DNA of 64,000 bases. Source: Octopus sinensis (lineage: Eukaryota). Each line of letters starts with the position of its first letter. The first letter of the stretch is position 1. This document shows, one piece after another, positions 53,160 to 64,000 of this stretch. The stretch is from assembly GCF_006345805.1 (NCBI RefSeq), contig NC_042999.1, forward strand, positions 130,758,001 through 130,822,000. The letters run 5' to 3'. Under the pieces are notes generated by a model. That model was not told the origin of the DNA. It did no database searches and saw only the letters and a program-made list of their open reading frames with translations. Position numbers and translations under genes: made by a program.

Positions 53160-55184
53160 TTAATCTTGTGAGAACTGGCAGCAACAGAACATGAACAATA
53201 CAGTAATTATGTACTCCCAAGAAAACCTTCGGACATAAACTTTAATGACACAATAGATATAGTGTGTAAAATTTTCAGTGAAAAAAGCTCGTTCTTCAAC
53301 ATACATTGTAAGCATCTGAACATAGAGAAAAACAATGATGAGAACTACATCACTTATGCTGGTAGAGTAAACAGGAAATGCAAGAAGTTTAAGCTGGACA
53401 AATCAAATCCAGATATGTCCAAATGGGACTTACTGCTGAAAAGGATGCAAAAGTTAGAACTAGAATTTTTGCAAAGCTGGAACAAAACCAGGATGTAACC
53501 CTACAGCAAGTGTCAGATGAATGTGAAAGGATAGTCAAATTAAGACACAACACAGAGAAAATTGAACATAAAGGTTGTTTCCAAGTAAAGCAAGTGTGAA
53601 ACAGTCAGAATAGAGATAAAGTGTTTTCTAAAAACACGACAAAAACCAGGAAATAAACCCATGTTTTGCATGTGGAGGTATACACCTCAGGAAAAATTGT
53701 CCATTTAAAAAAAAATGGAGTGCTTTTGTTGCAGAAATATAGGACATAAAGATACATTGTAGAACAAAGAGGACAAAATGACAGAACAAAGGAAAAAGAT
53801 TAAATAGTATGTCATCAGAAGAAATAGGAAATATAACAATGAGGAAATTCACGAATGTGAAAATCAGAAGTACAAGTGTTAAAATGTAATTGGACACTGG
53901 TAGTGGCATCACCATTATAAATGACAAAACATGGAAATATGTTGGTAAGCCAAAATTAATTAAATCTAAAAACGTAGCACATGATGTTACAGGATAAAAA
54001 ATTATATTGTCTTGGTGAATTTGCATGTAGTGTAAGATTTCAAAATCTTACAAAAAGGCAAAGATTTATGTGTTAAAAAATTCAAAAATTTGACACAGAG
54101 TGGATGGAACTATTCAATATATATATATGGAAATATAATCAGTTCAATCAAAAGTTCAAATGAGACTAAAGGACTGAAACAAAAGATTGCAGTAAAACAG
54201 ACTGGAACACATGTATGTAGACCAAAATTAAATAAAACATTGCCCTATGATAAAAAGTAAACATTCTGGGCCTTTAAATGGTTCTTACTGCTTAGTGGTA
54301 GTTGATAGTTTTTCGAAATGACCTGAAATTTACAAGTGTAAAAAAACCAGCCTCCTCAAGTGTGACAAATTTTTTACATAAACTGTTTGCAAGATTTGGC
54401 ATCTCAAACAAGATAGTTGTCTGACAATGGAATGCAGTTTGTATCTGTTGAATTTTTTTAAATTTGTGAAACGTTCTTGGTAGAACATACAACTACAGTA
54501 CCATACCATCCCAGATCTAATGGACAAGTAGAACACTTTGTTGATATCTTCAAAAGAGCCCTTAGAAAATCGAATAAGGAAGTCACAGATGAAGTAACTC
54601 TACTACAATTTTTAAGAGTGTACCAAGTGACACCAAACCTGAATACACCAGGGGCTAACTCACCAGCAGAGCTGATGTTTGCAAGGAAAGTAAAATCAGT
54701 CTTTGATAAATTGCTACCTGGCAAGAAAAGAAAAAGTGCCAGGGATGACATAGCTAAATTATTTAAAGTTGTTGGAAAGGTGTATATGAGGGCATACAAG
54801 AATGGAAAACAAATTTGAGAATATGGTGTAATTATCAAATGCATAGGTAAAATGATGTATTGGGTAAAAAGTAGAAAGGGCATAAAAAAGAGACACAGGA
54901 ACCAACAGATAAAAGAGATTCATGGAAAGCAAACCAAAGAAATTGGAGGAACCAATGGAATGGTTGTATGATATGTCCCAAGTATCAATGCCACTACAGG
55001 TGATTGAACCCAGGTGTACAAGTGAGAGGAAAAGAAAACATACAGAGTTCCTGAAAATAGATACCAATTACAAAAAAATATTAAATTGTATGACAAAAAT
55101 ACTAAAAAAAAGGGGAGGTGGGGTGAATAAAAAAAATTTGGCTAAATAAAATGACACTTCCTAATAAAAACTTAAAAGGGGAGA
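53160..55184 (+). mobile_element. Ty3/Gypsy LTR retrotransposon remnant (gag, protease, integrase; RT/RNase H deleted)
   Basis: Gag with two zinc knuckles (about 53675-53765), protease LDTGSG (about 53890), integrase GPLNGSYCLVVVDSFSK and PYHPRSNGQVEHFV; polypurine tract aaaaggggaga at 55174-55184. Confidence 0.85.
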
Positions 55185-55447
55185 TGTAGGGAATTAGTAA
55201 TAATGGCACACCCCTCCCACGTAACGAATGGAATAACTTAGTCATTATAAGTAGAGAGAGTACGTAGTAGGCAGTCAGTGATAGTCGTGTCTCCAGAGTT
55301 GTCGAGTCATTTGATTCCCTGTTGTAATTTGCTGTTAGTCACTTCACGTAAGTCGCTTGTTGCTTAATTGTTGAAGGTCTACTGTACCTAAGTGTTGAAT
55401 TATCGAAATTGTTGTTCGTTACCTGTTAATTTTTGTTTTCTTCCCCA
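55185..55447 (+). repeat. LTR-like segment (TG...CA) directly after a polypurine tract
   Basis: Begins TGTAGGGAA, ends TTCCCCA; internal tataagtagagagag and agtcagt. No second copy in the window. Confidence 0.45.
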
Positions 55448-55516
55448 TTTATGGGTGAAGTTGTTACTAACGAAGTAATGCAGAGTCAACCAGTTCCAGC
55501 AGGCAGTTAATCTGCA

Positions 55517-56360
55517 GTGACTGGGAAAAGTTTGACAGCAGATATTTTACAAGTAAGAGAGGTGAAGATAGATGAGATGAATTTAAAGAATTTCAACAAA
55601 CTGATAGCGAAGGAAGGAGACAGACTATGGTTGACTCCGCCGAAGGAAATAGTTGAAAGGACAGTGATTTACAGAATGCTGTCTATAGCTACAAAATGAT
55701 TGAGATAGCTGCAACGGAGGTAGTGGAAGAATGTATAAAAGAAATTAAGAGCCTCACAACGTTTTATTCTAAAGGCAAGAAATATGGTACAGTGGAGGTT
55801 CGCTTCGCGAGCGAACAAGAAGCGATAAAGCACTCCACTGTGCCTTTGAGATCGTCTGAGTGTATACTACTGCCAACCTACTGTGACAAACGTGCGACCA
55901 GAGCTAGGTTGGTAGAGTGCCCCCGGAAATTGACGAGGCATGGCTGGTGGCAGCCATCCTCTACAACACAGAAGAGGAGACGAAAATCTTCAAAATTACA
56001 AGAATAACAAAGGTAAACTGGTGGGGATACGGCCTTGAGGTGACGGTCCAAATCAGTTTACCAGATATCCTCAAAATTGCAGAAGAGGTAGTATTACCCG
56101 ACGAGATGAAGCTAAGAATGGTAGTGGAAGGAAGACCTCCCATATGCTTTCAGTGTGGAGTACGGGGACACATGAAGGCTAAGTGTCCCCGGAAACATGA
56201 AGAGGAAGTAATGGAGAGGGAACACCAAGGAGAGGAAGAGGTTCAAAGCGTAGAGGAACAAAAGCCTGTAGAATATATGGAAGAAAGGTATACAGTGGTG
56301 AAGAGAAAGAAGAGAGAAATCACCATCAAAGAGTCCCATGAAGAAAAGGAAAGGGAGTGA
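55517..56360 (+). pseudogene. LINE ORF1-like protein (RRM-like region + CCHC knuckle, Tx1/L1-type), frameshifted
   Basis: KYGTVEVRF ... VVEGRPPICFQCGVRGHMKAKCP followed by a Glu/Lys-rich tail; split over three overlapping ORFs. Clade assignment is from recalled family motifs. Confidence 0.65.
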
Positions 56361-58490
56361 TACTTCACTCAGACCGCCTCATCCATACACAGTACATGAC
56401 TATACCAGCACAGTTGTCTCTCTTGCACATTACATCTGATGCTTCTTATGTCCAACATTTCTCTCAGGGCGATTGTATTCTGTCGTGTGTGCACACTGAT
56501 ATTACGCATCCAACGGATCATACTACCTTCATTTCTTTCAAGCCTACGGATGTCTTCAGCAGTCACGGCGCATGTTTCACTGCCGTGTAGCAGTGCACAT
56601 GCATGCATCATACAATCTACCTTTCACTCTGGGTGAGAGGTAGGAGCTTTCTGAACTTTGCCAAGACTATTCTTATTCTAGTGGCAACGCTCTCCAAGCA
56701 TCCACCCCACTACAGAATTGGTCACCTAGGTAGCGGAAGCTATCAATTATTTCTAGTTTCTCGCCCTGGCATGTGATGGAATCTGTTTTCAGAGCATCTG
56801 CAGTGTTTATTACCCCTGTGCATCTGCCGCTCACAAAAACTATCATCTCGGTTAACCTTTCGTGTTGTTGCCCCTCTTATGCGTCCATAGCTTACAATGG
56901 GTACATCTTATGGAGTTTCTACCTACACCTTTTCTACAGATTGAACAGGGCCATCTATCTGAAGGGATTTGTGATGTGTTCGCCTTCCTATTACTAGGAC
57001 TTTGGTTTTTGCAACATTGACTCTAAGGCTCTTCGATTCTTGCTTGCTCACCTGAAATTTCTTCTCTAGTTCTGGCAGTGCTTTCGCTATGAGAGCAACG
57101 TCATCAGCATAGAGGAGCTGTCTTGAATTCCTGTTATTGCCTAGAGGACTATGATGAATAAGAGGGGGCTGAGGGCTGATCCTTGGTGAACCCCTCCTTC
57201 TACCCGGAATTCTTCACTAAATTCATTGCCGACGCTTACCTTACTAATGGCATCCCTGTACAGGGCTTGTACCTCTCTTATTAACCACTCGTCAATCCCC
57301 AGTTTCTGCATTATCCCCCAGATAAGGGATCGGGAGACCCTGTCAAAGGCTTTCTCCAAGCCAACAAAAGCCATATAAAGGGGTTTATCTTTGGCTAGGT
57401 ATTTCTCCTGCAGTTGCCTTACCAGGCATATAGCATCAGTGGTGCTTCTACCTGGCACAAAACCGAACTACATCTCATCTAAGTGAATTCTCTCCCTAAT
57501 TAGTTGAGCTATGGCCCTCTCCGTGACCTTCATCACCTGATCCAGCAGTTTGATACCCCAGTAGTTATTTCTATCTAAAGCATCACCTTTACCTTTGTAG
57601 CAGTTGACTATGGTGTTACTACGCCAGTCATTGGGTATAACTCCTTCGTGAACTAGCTGGTTTACAATACGGGTGACTAGACCATAACCCACACCACCAG
57701 ATGCTTCAAGCATCTCAGCAGTGATACCTGATGGGCCGGGGGGCTTTTCCTGACTTCATATCTTTTATGCTTTATTCACCAGAGTGCTATCTATTCAGGT
57801 AGCTAGTCCCTCTACTGTGTCAGCATTTGGCAGGCTCTCCTCCTCCCATTCATTCTCCACATTCAGCAGCTTCTCCAAGTCACTTTATTTGCAGAATCAT
57901 TAAAAGGAAATGCACCATCATCCATGCGGACACATTTCTCTCCTGTAACATCACAATTTTCTCTCACACACTCTTGCAATCCGGAATACTTCATATCTTT
58001 GGCCCTCACGTCGCTGAACATTGACAAACTTCTTTTCTTCTACTTCTGCCTTGGCTATGTCACCCAGCCTCCCTTCTGGCTATAAGGTACAGTTCCTTGC
58101 TACCCCCACGCTTCCAGGTTTTCCAGGCCTGTTTCTTTGCTCTAATGGCCTTGTCTACCGTATTATTCCACTACCATGTTACTCTAGAACTGGAGGGGAC
58201 TTTGCACCAGCTGTAGATTTCGTGTAGTGCTCAGTAACCTGTCCCGTAGGAATTTCCAGTTACTCTCAATGTCCGAAGTCTGTAGCTCCTCTTCCTTCTC
58301 ATCAAAATTTGCAATGAGGATGTCCCTAAATCTGTGAGCATGTGAAAGCTTCTTTAGCTTTCAAATCCTTCTTTTCTGGATTGGTCTGCTTCTTGGCATC
58401 ATTCTGGCCTCAAGTCTAAAGTCACAAATAATTAGTCTATACTATTTAAGAGCAACCTTGCATCTCGCTGTCTGGTGATGATGAAATCAA
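56361..58490 (-). mobile_element. RTE-clade LINE, decayed (end of endonuclease, RT, C-terminal region)
   Basis: NCYKGKGDALDRNNY, GRSTTDAI, FVGLEKAFDRV, GVHQGSALSPLLF, LLYADD (about 57095-57120), LLHGSET; several stops and frameshifts. Confidence 0.9.
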
Positions 58491-58730
58491 TCAATGCGAA
58501 AATAATTGATGCATATGTGATAGTAATAGAGGCAAAGTTAGTAAGTCTTACATTAAATTTTGTTCTTCAGCTGGTAATTTCGCACGGGAGAGGTTCCATT
58601 GTAGTAGATTGGTTAGCTTCGTTGCGCAATTAGAGCGGGCTGCGTATTATTTTGATGTGGGGTTCCGAGTTTGACTAAGCACGTTTTTTTCGCACGTGCG
58701 TATTAAATTGGCTTAAGTCATACATACATA

Positions 58731-58734
<4 letters not shown>

Positions 58735-58813
<79 letters not shown>

Positions 58814-58830
58814 CACATATATATACATAT

Positions 58831-58864
<34 letters not shown>

Positions 58865-59046
58865 CATATATATTTACATATATATACATAAACATACATA
58901 TATATACATATATACATATATATATATACATACAAACATATATATATACATACATACATACATATATATACATACATAAATATATACATATGCATATATA
59001 CATATTGCATATATACATATATATACATATGCATATATATATATAT

Positions 59047-59139
<93 letters not shown>

Positions 59140-59151
59140 CAAAGTATCAAA

Positions 59152-59198
<47 letters not shown>
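58735..59198. repeat. (TA)n/(TACA)n compound microsatellite
   Basis: Direct inspection. Confidence 0.95.
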
Positions 59199-59202
<4 letters not shown>

Positions 59203-59390
59203 GGTCCCGGGTTGATTCGGGGTTAACCACAGTAAATAAGGTACTCAATACATAGCAGAGTAAAATTAATTTATTATATAGAAGGAGCTTCTACAGGACT
59301 AGAACTGTTTCATTCAAGAGAAATCTTCCTGAAGATTTCTCTTGAATGAAACAGTTCTAGTCCTGTAGAAGCTCCTTCTATATAATAAAT
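59198..59390. mobile_element. Penelope-like terminal fragment with a perfect 60-bp fold-back (59269-59328 / 59331-59390), inside (TA)n
   Basis: Arms checked as perfectly complementary around a 2-nt centre. The same terminal sequence occurs at 31836-31910. Confidence 0.7.
59325..59371 (+). ncRNA. Type I hammerhead ribozyme motif
   Basis: Stem I cttc/gaag; CTGAAGA 59329-35; stem II t-ttc-tctt-gaa-t (U.U at 10.1/11.1, non-canonical); GAAA 59348-51; stem III ACAG/CTGT; GTA triplet 59365-67. Confidence 0.7.
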
Positions 59391-59439
59391 ATATATATAT
59401 ATTATATATATATATATATTATATATATATATATATATA

Positions 59440-59762
59440 TGCTGAGATCCCCTTCGGTCTTGACTGACCATGGGATTGCACCTAAGGAAATTACCCTCCC
59501 AGGCACAAGTCCGGGCAAGGTTGTTTACGGAAGACGCACATGTATACCGGCCTCCCCTCTCCACGCCACCAGCGTTATCCAAGAGAAAGGCAAATGCCGA
59601 TACACCTTGGCACCTGTGACGTCACAACTCATTTCTACAGCTGAGTGAACTGAAGCAGCATGAAATAAAGTGTCTTGCTCAGGAACACAGTACGCAGCCC
59701 GGTCCGAGATTCGAACTCACAACTTTACGATCGTAAGCTCGACACTCTAAGAACTGAGCCAT
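59440..59762 (-). mobile_element. tRNA-derived SINE related to family C
   Basis: Minus strand: tggctcagtt ... gagttcgaatc ... cctgagcaagacactttatttc. Confidence 0.8.
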
Positions 59763-59812
59763 ACACACACACACTCACACACACACACACATATTATATG
59801 TACATACATACT

Positions 59813-59843
<31 letters not shown>

Positions 59844-60026
59844 TTGAGTAGTTGAATGAATTATCTTGTTATGGATAATTCGGTTAACCGATACCTGGGT
59901 AGCAAATTCACATCAGAGAAGACACGTTTGAAGTTATGTGCTTTCGTGTGGAAATTTGTATGTTTTTTTTTAAATATAAATATATGAAAGAATGGAGTTG
60001 AACGACGAATTAACAAAATTCCTTTA

Positions 60027-60109
60027 TTTTCGACATATGTTTCGAAGGCTGCATATTCCTAATTGCGAAGGAATAATGAGTATATTATGCCGCTTTCTCA
60101 TCAGGAAAA
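60027..60109 (-). ncRNA. Type I hammerhead ribozyme motif, mirror copy in the left arm of the palindrome
   Basis: Reverse complement of 60249-60331 with no difference I could see; predicted cleavage between 60032 and 60031. Confidence 0.85.
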
Positions 60110-60248
60110 GCAAGGAACTTATGTCAACATCAAGATGCACAAAAAACTTTTAGATGACTGCTCACACGGAGCCCATAGTGATAATTATCACTATGGGCTC
60201 CGTGTGAGCAGTTTTTTGTGCATCTTGATGTTGACATAAGTTCCTTGC

Positions 60249-60331
60249 TTTTCCTGATGAGAAAGCGGCATAATATACTCATTATTCCTTCGCAATTAGG
60301 AATATGCAGCCTTCGAAACATATGTCGAAAA
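60249..60331 (+). ncRNA. Type I hammerhead ribozyme motif with fully canonical core
   Basis: Stem I ttttc (60249-53) / gaaaa (60327-31); CTGATGA 60254-60; G60261-C60314 closes a long stem II; GAAA 60315-18; stem III AC-atat-GT (palindromic ACATATGT); GTC cleavage triplet 60324-26. Confidence 0.85.
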
Positions 60332-60368
60332 TAAAAGAATTTTGTTAATTCGTCGTTCAACTCCATTC

Positions 60369-60414
<46 letters not shown>

Positions 60415-60417
<3 letters not shown>

Positions 60418-60720
60418 TTATATATAAAATTGAAGTTGTGTGTGTAAGACTCTGTCTCCTCCGATTTAGATTCCTAACTACTCCCACATCTTGCGGTGCA
60501 GTTTAACCAAAAGCGGGTATCTTATAGCCGTCATTTATATCGAGCCCTTCTGGGTATTAGCGCGCGTCTACGATGGGTCTACGATTTAAAAAAAAATTTA
60601 CCATCATTTTTCCGCATTTTTAATGATTTTTGCTCGGGTTATATAAGGGAAGTAACTCTCTAAAATGCTTATATAGTTATTTCCCTTACAAACCCGAGCA
60701 ACGCCGGGCGATACTGCTAG
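60415..60720 (+). mobile_element. Complete non-autonomous Helitron
   Basis: 5' TC(tttatatataaaa), 3' hairpin cccgagcaacgccggg then CTAG; inserted between A60414 and T60721. Confidence 0.8.
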
Positions 60721-60788
60721 TATATACATACATATACATGCATATACACACACACATATATATATGCATTTATATACATTGATATATA

Positions 60789-61165
60789 TTAGGTTGTCAA
60801 GAAAGTTCTTGCGGAATTTTAAATTTTGGTTTTAAATGATGTATTTTCAAATTAATTTTCGTTAAATTACTTTGACTTTATATATCATTTCAAAGCCCGT
60901 TTTTCGCTCTATTTAATCGTGTTACTCTTTCCAGAACGTTGAATACAACATGGACAAAAAGCTAATTCGCACAATCTTCTTGTTCCAGTTCAAGCTAGGC
61001 CGAAAAGCTGCTGAAACAGCTCGCGATATCAACGATGCGTTTGGTTCAGGAACCACTAATGAACGTACAGCACAATGGTGGTTCAAGAAATCTCGTAGCA
61101 GGGACGAGAGTCTTCAAGATGATAAGCGTAGTGGTCGGCCATCGAATATTGACAGCGATCACCCA
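60789..61165 (+). mobile_element. Mariner (Hsmar1/cecropia-like) 5' fragment
   Basis: TIR ttaggttgtcaagaaagttcttgcgg; ORF 60950 MDKKLIRTIFLFQFKLGRKAAETARDIN...WWFKK...RSGRPS (DNA-binding domain). Confidence 0.85.
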
Positions 61166-61644
61166 CGTACTTGCGTGTATGTGTATGCATGGACATGCGC
61201 GCATACGCGTTTCCTATGAGCATTTTTACTCCACTTTTTATATTCTTATTGCTTTATATTTTTTACATATTTCGCTGTACTTTACCTTTCACCATCTTTT
61301 TTCTTGTGAATGTGCATAAATAGACGTGTATATTAACCTTTTTGTGCGCGTGTGAGCGTGTGAGCGTGTGTACGGGTATATATATTTTTTTTGCGAATGT
61401 GTGGATGCGCATGTGTGTGTTTCAAGCGAGTGTGGATGAGCATATGCAAACAGGCACATGTACGTGAGTGTGCGTGCACGCATGTGTATGTATGGACATG
61501 CGCGCATACGCGATTGCTATGAACATTTTTACTTCTTTACTTTTTACTACACACCCATCAGTTTTTTACCCTCATTTAACGGTCAATCAAATAGTAGTTT
61601 CCCTTTGTTTAATGGTAATTTTCATAGCATATTTCCATTGCTTC

Positions 61645-61705
61645 GATAACTGAAGAGATGCCAGAGCGGGTTTCCGCCCCGACATCCGAAACTTAGAATT
61701 TTATC
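61645..61705 (+). ncRNA. Degenerate hammerhead motif
   Basis: gataa-CTGAAGA-gatg...catc-c-GAAA-cttagaatt-ttatc; stem III is defective. Confidence 0.4.
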
Positions 61706-61829
61706 ATGGCAACCGAATAATTGTCACATATATTTGCAGATAAATTCCTCTATTTACGTAATATTGAGTCTCTTTCATTCTTTTGTCATTACTATATCAT
61801 ATACTACATACATAATTGTGTGTGTGTGA

Positions 61830-62184
61830 GATATATACGATATATATATGTATATATATATATATAATTAGTATATATATATTATATATAGTATATATAT
61901 ATATATATATATAGTATCTATATATATATATATATATATATATTAGTATATATATATATATATATAATAGTAATATATATAATATATATATAAGTATATA
62001 TATAATATATTAGATTATATAGTATATATATATATTAGTATATTATATATATATTATATATATATAGTATTATATATATCTAGTATATATATAATATAAT
62101 ATATATATTAGTATATATAATATATATATAGTATATATATATAATATATATAGTATATATTATATATTTATAATAATATAATAT

Positions 62185-62229
<45 letters not shown>

Positions 62230-62305
62230 TATCTATATAATATATATATATATAGTACTATATATATATATATATGTATATATATTATATATAGTTATTA
62301 TATAG

Positions 62306-62351
<46 letters not shown>

Positions 62352-62405
62352 GTATATATATATATATATATATAGTATATATATATATATATATATAGTA
62401 TATAT
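61830..62405. repeat. Degenerate (TA)n array with TAG interruptions
   Basis: Direct inspection. Confidence 0.95.
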
Positions 62406-64000
62406 AACTTAGAATAACTTAGAAAGGTTTTTGGCCAGTATTGCCCAGGCCATGTCTAACTTAATAGCACCACCTGGCGAAGTCTTTCAGTTCAGGATTT
62501 GGGCACCAAGGCCCATTCGAGCAGAGAGTTATTGTTTGCGGAGACATATCCGGGTGTGGGTGGTTTGTCCGGTACTGTTTGAAGGAATTTGTCCAAAGAC
62601 TTCTTGAATTTTGTGTGGTCAGTTTCTTTTTTGACGTGTCCTGGTGTAATGTTGAAGAGAGCAGGTCCAAATGAGGTGAAATAGTTGTGCCGTATTGTCG
62701 TTATGTGATGCGATTTAGATTTTTGTTGTGGACGGATGGCACGTGGTCCAAGCCTTGGATGCATTTTGAAGGTGATGCCAACATCATTCGGACAGTGCTG
62801 ATGGAATATTTTCCACATCATACAGATAATGTAGCGTTCACGGCGTCGTTGGAGTGAATACAATTTCAGCTTCTCTAGTCTACCCCAGTAGTCAAGGTCT
62901 GACATGCCATCTATCTTTTTTGTGATTGACCTTTGGGGAGCTTCAATTCTCATAATATTTTGTTTTGTGTAGGGAGACCACAGTGGACAGCAGTATTCAA
63001 GGTGGGGTCGGGCAAAAGTGGAGAAGGGAAGGATAATAGCGTGGGAATCTCTCGACTGGAAGGTTCTGAGAATCCAGGAACACATTCTGCGGGCCATGTC
63101 AACTTTGCTGCTTATATGTGTAGCCCAGCTTATGTTGTTGTCCACTGTTACTCCCAGGTCTCTGATGTTGTTGGATGCCATGAGAATTTCTCCAGAAGGA
63201 AGAGAGTATGGGAGTTTCAGAGCGTCCTCCCTTCCAAAGTGGATCAGTTCGAATTTGTCTTCATTTAGCAACATGTTATTCTTTTCCGCCCATTGGACAA
63301 CAGCCAGTAGGTCTGACTGAAGGTTTATTCGGTCATCCACGCCATTGATGACCTTCTGGAGCTTGGAATCATCAGCGAAGGTTCTGATGTTGCTGTGTTT
63401 GATGGTGTCAGTAATATCATTTATGTAGATGATGAAGAGAAGTGGGCCCAACACAGTGCCTTGTGGGACACCACTGCTGACTTTGGCTGGGCTGGATTTG
63501 ACTCCCTCGACTACAACATGTTGGGTTCTGTTAGAGAGGAAGCACTTGATCCATTGCAGCAGCTTTCCAGTGACACCAATATTGGACCTTTCTCAGAAGG
63601 ATCTTATGATCAACCCTGTCAAAGGCCTTGCTGAAATCAAGGTAGATGACATCAGTGTTGGAACCCTCTCCCAAGGCTCTCAAAATGTCATCAAAATGAT
63701 GCAGTAGCTGCGTCAGGCAATCTCTCCCATTACGGAATCCATGCTGGTTGGGGTTCAGCATATTATGACTCTCAAGGAAGTGAGTCATACGCGATCTCAG
63801 CACCCTCTCAAATACCTTGATGATATGAGAGGTGAGTGAGATTGGACGGTAATTCACGGCAAGCGATTTGTTTCCTTTTTTGAAAACTGGGACAACAGAC
63901 TGGGATAGAAGGTCTTCTGGTATATATCCAGCATCCAGTGAGTTCCGCCACAGATTGGCTAGAGGGGGTGCAAGTTGGTTTTGACACATCTTCAAGACAC
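62405..64000 (-). mobile_element. CR1/L2-group LINE: ORF2 reverse transcriptase and 3'UTR, running off the window end
   Basis: YLDFSKAFDRVDH, (GVPQGT)VLGPLLFIIYIND, FADD, LEYCCPLWSP, YSLQRRRERY. One frameshift near 63587 separates ORFs 63531-63995 and 62492-63454. Tail repeats ttctaagtta. Confidence 0.92.

Larger units (their letters stand above)
59981..60377. mobile_element. Near-perfect palindrome with no spacer, made of head-to-head Penelope-like terminal repeat fragments
   Basis: Dyad between 60184 and 60185 (cccatagtgataa|ttatcactatggg). Arms differ by about 2 small changes plus a 10-nt indel; TA-rich flanks. The Penelope assignment is inferred from the hammerhead + AATAAA end layout. 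Confidence 0.75.

Noticed and set aside
53177-53190. tggcagcaacag as a possible primer-binding site
   Set aside because: It reads in frame as gag (LAATEHEQYSNYVLPRKP) and no LTR end precedes it.
62933-63707. Plus-strand ORFs of 79-111 aa
   Set aside because: Antisense shadows of the LINE RT frame; likewise 49201-49437 opposite the ASB gene.

Overview
AT-rich, microsatellite-dense eukaryotic DNA. The tRNA-derived SINE families and the (TA/CA/TAGA/TACA)n load suggest a cephalopod, probably Octopus (inference). I can support one host gene: a CDS uninterrupted by introns, encoding an ankyrin-repeat + SOCS-box (ASB-family) protein at 48365-49483 (+). Most other recognisable sequence is transposon-derived: about 40 SINE copies or fragments, LINE fragments (CR1/L2-like, RTE, restriction-like-endonuclease type, Tx1/L1-like ORF1), an RT-deleted Gypsy, decayed hAT and mariner elements, TA-MITEs and non-autonomous Helitrons. 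Two signals stand out. (1) Three separate fold-back palindromes (27663-28005, 59269-59390, 59981-60377) each carry a type I hammerhead ribozyme motif, probably from Penelope-like terminal repeats; about six more decayed hammerheads are scattered through the window. (2) One SINE tail variant sits, in 3 of 3 copies, at the same 8-nt site inside older SINE copies, which suggests sequence-targeted SINE-into-SINE retrotransposition. All alignments, translations and folds were done by eye; repeat boundaries are approximate (about +/-10-30 nt) unless exact motifs are quoted.
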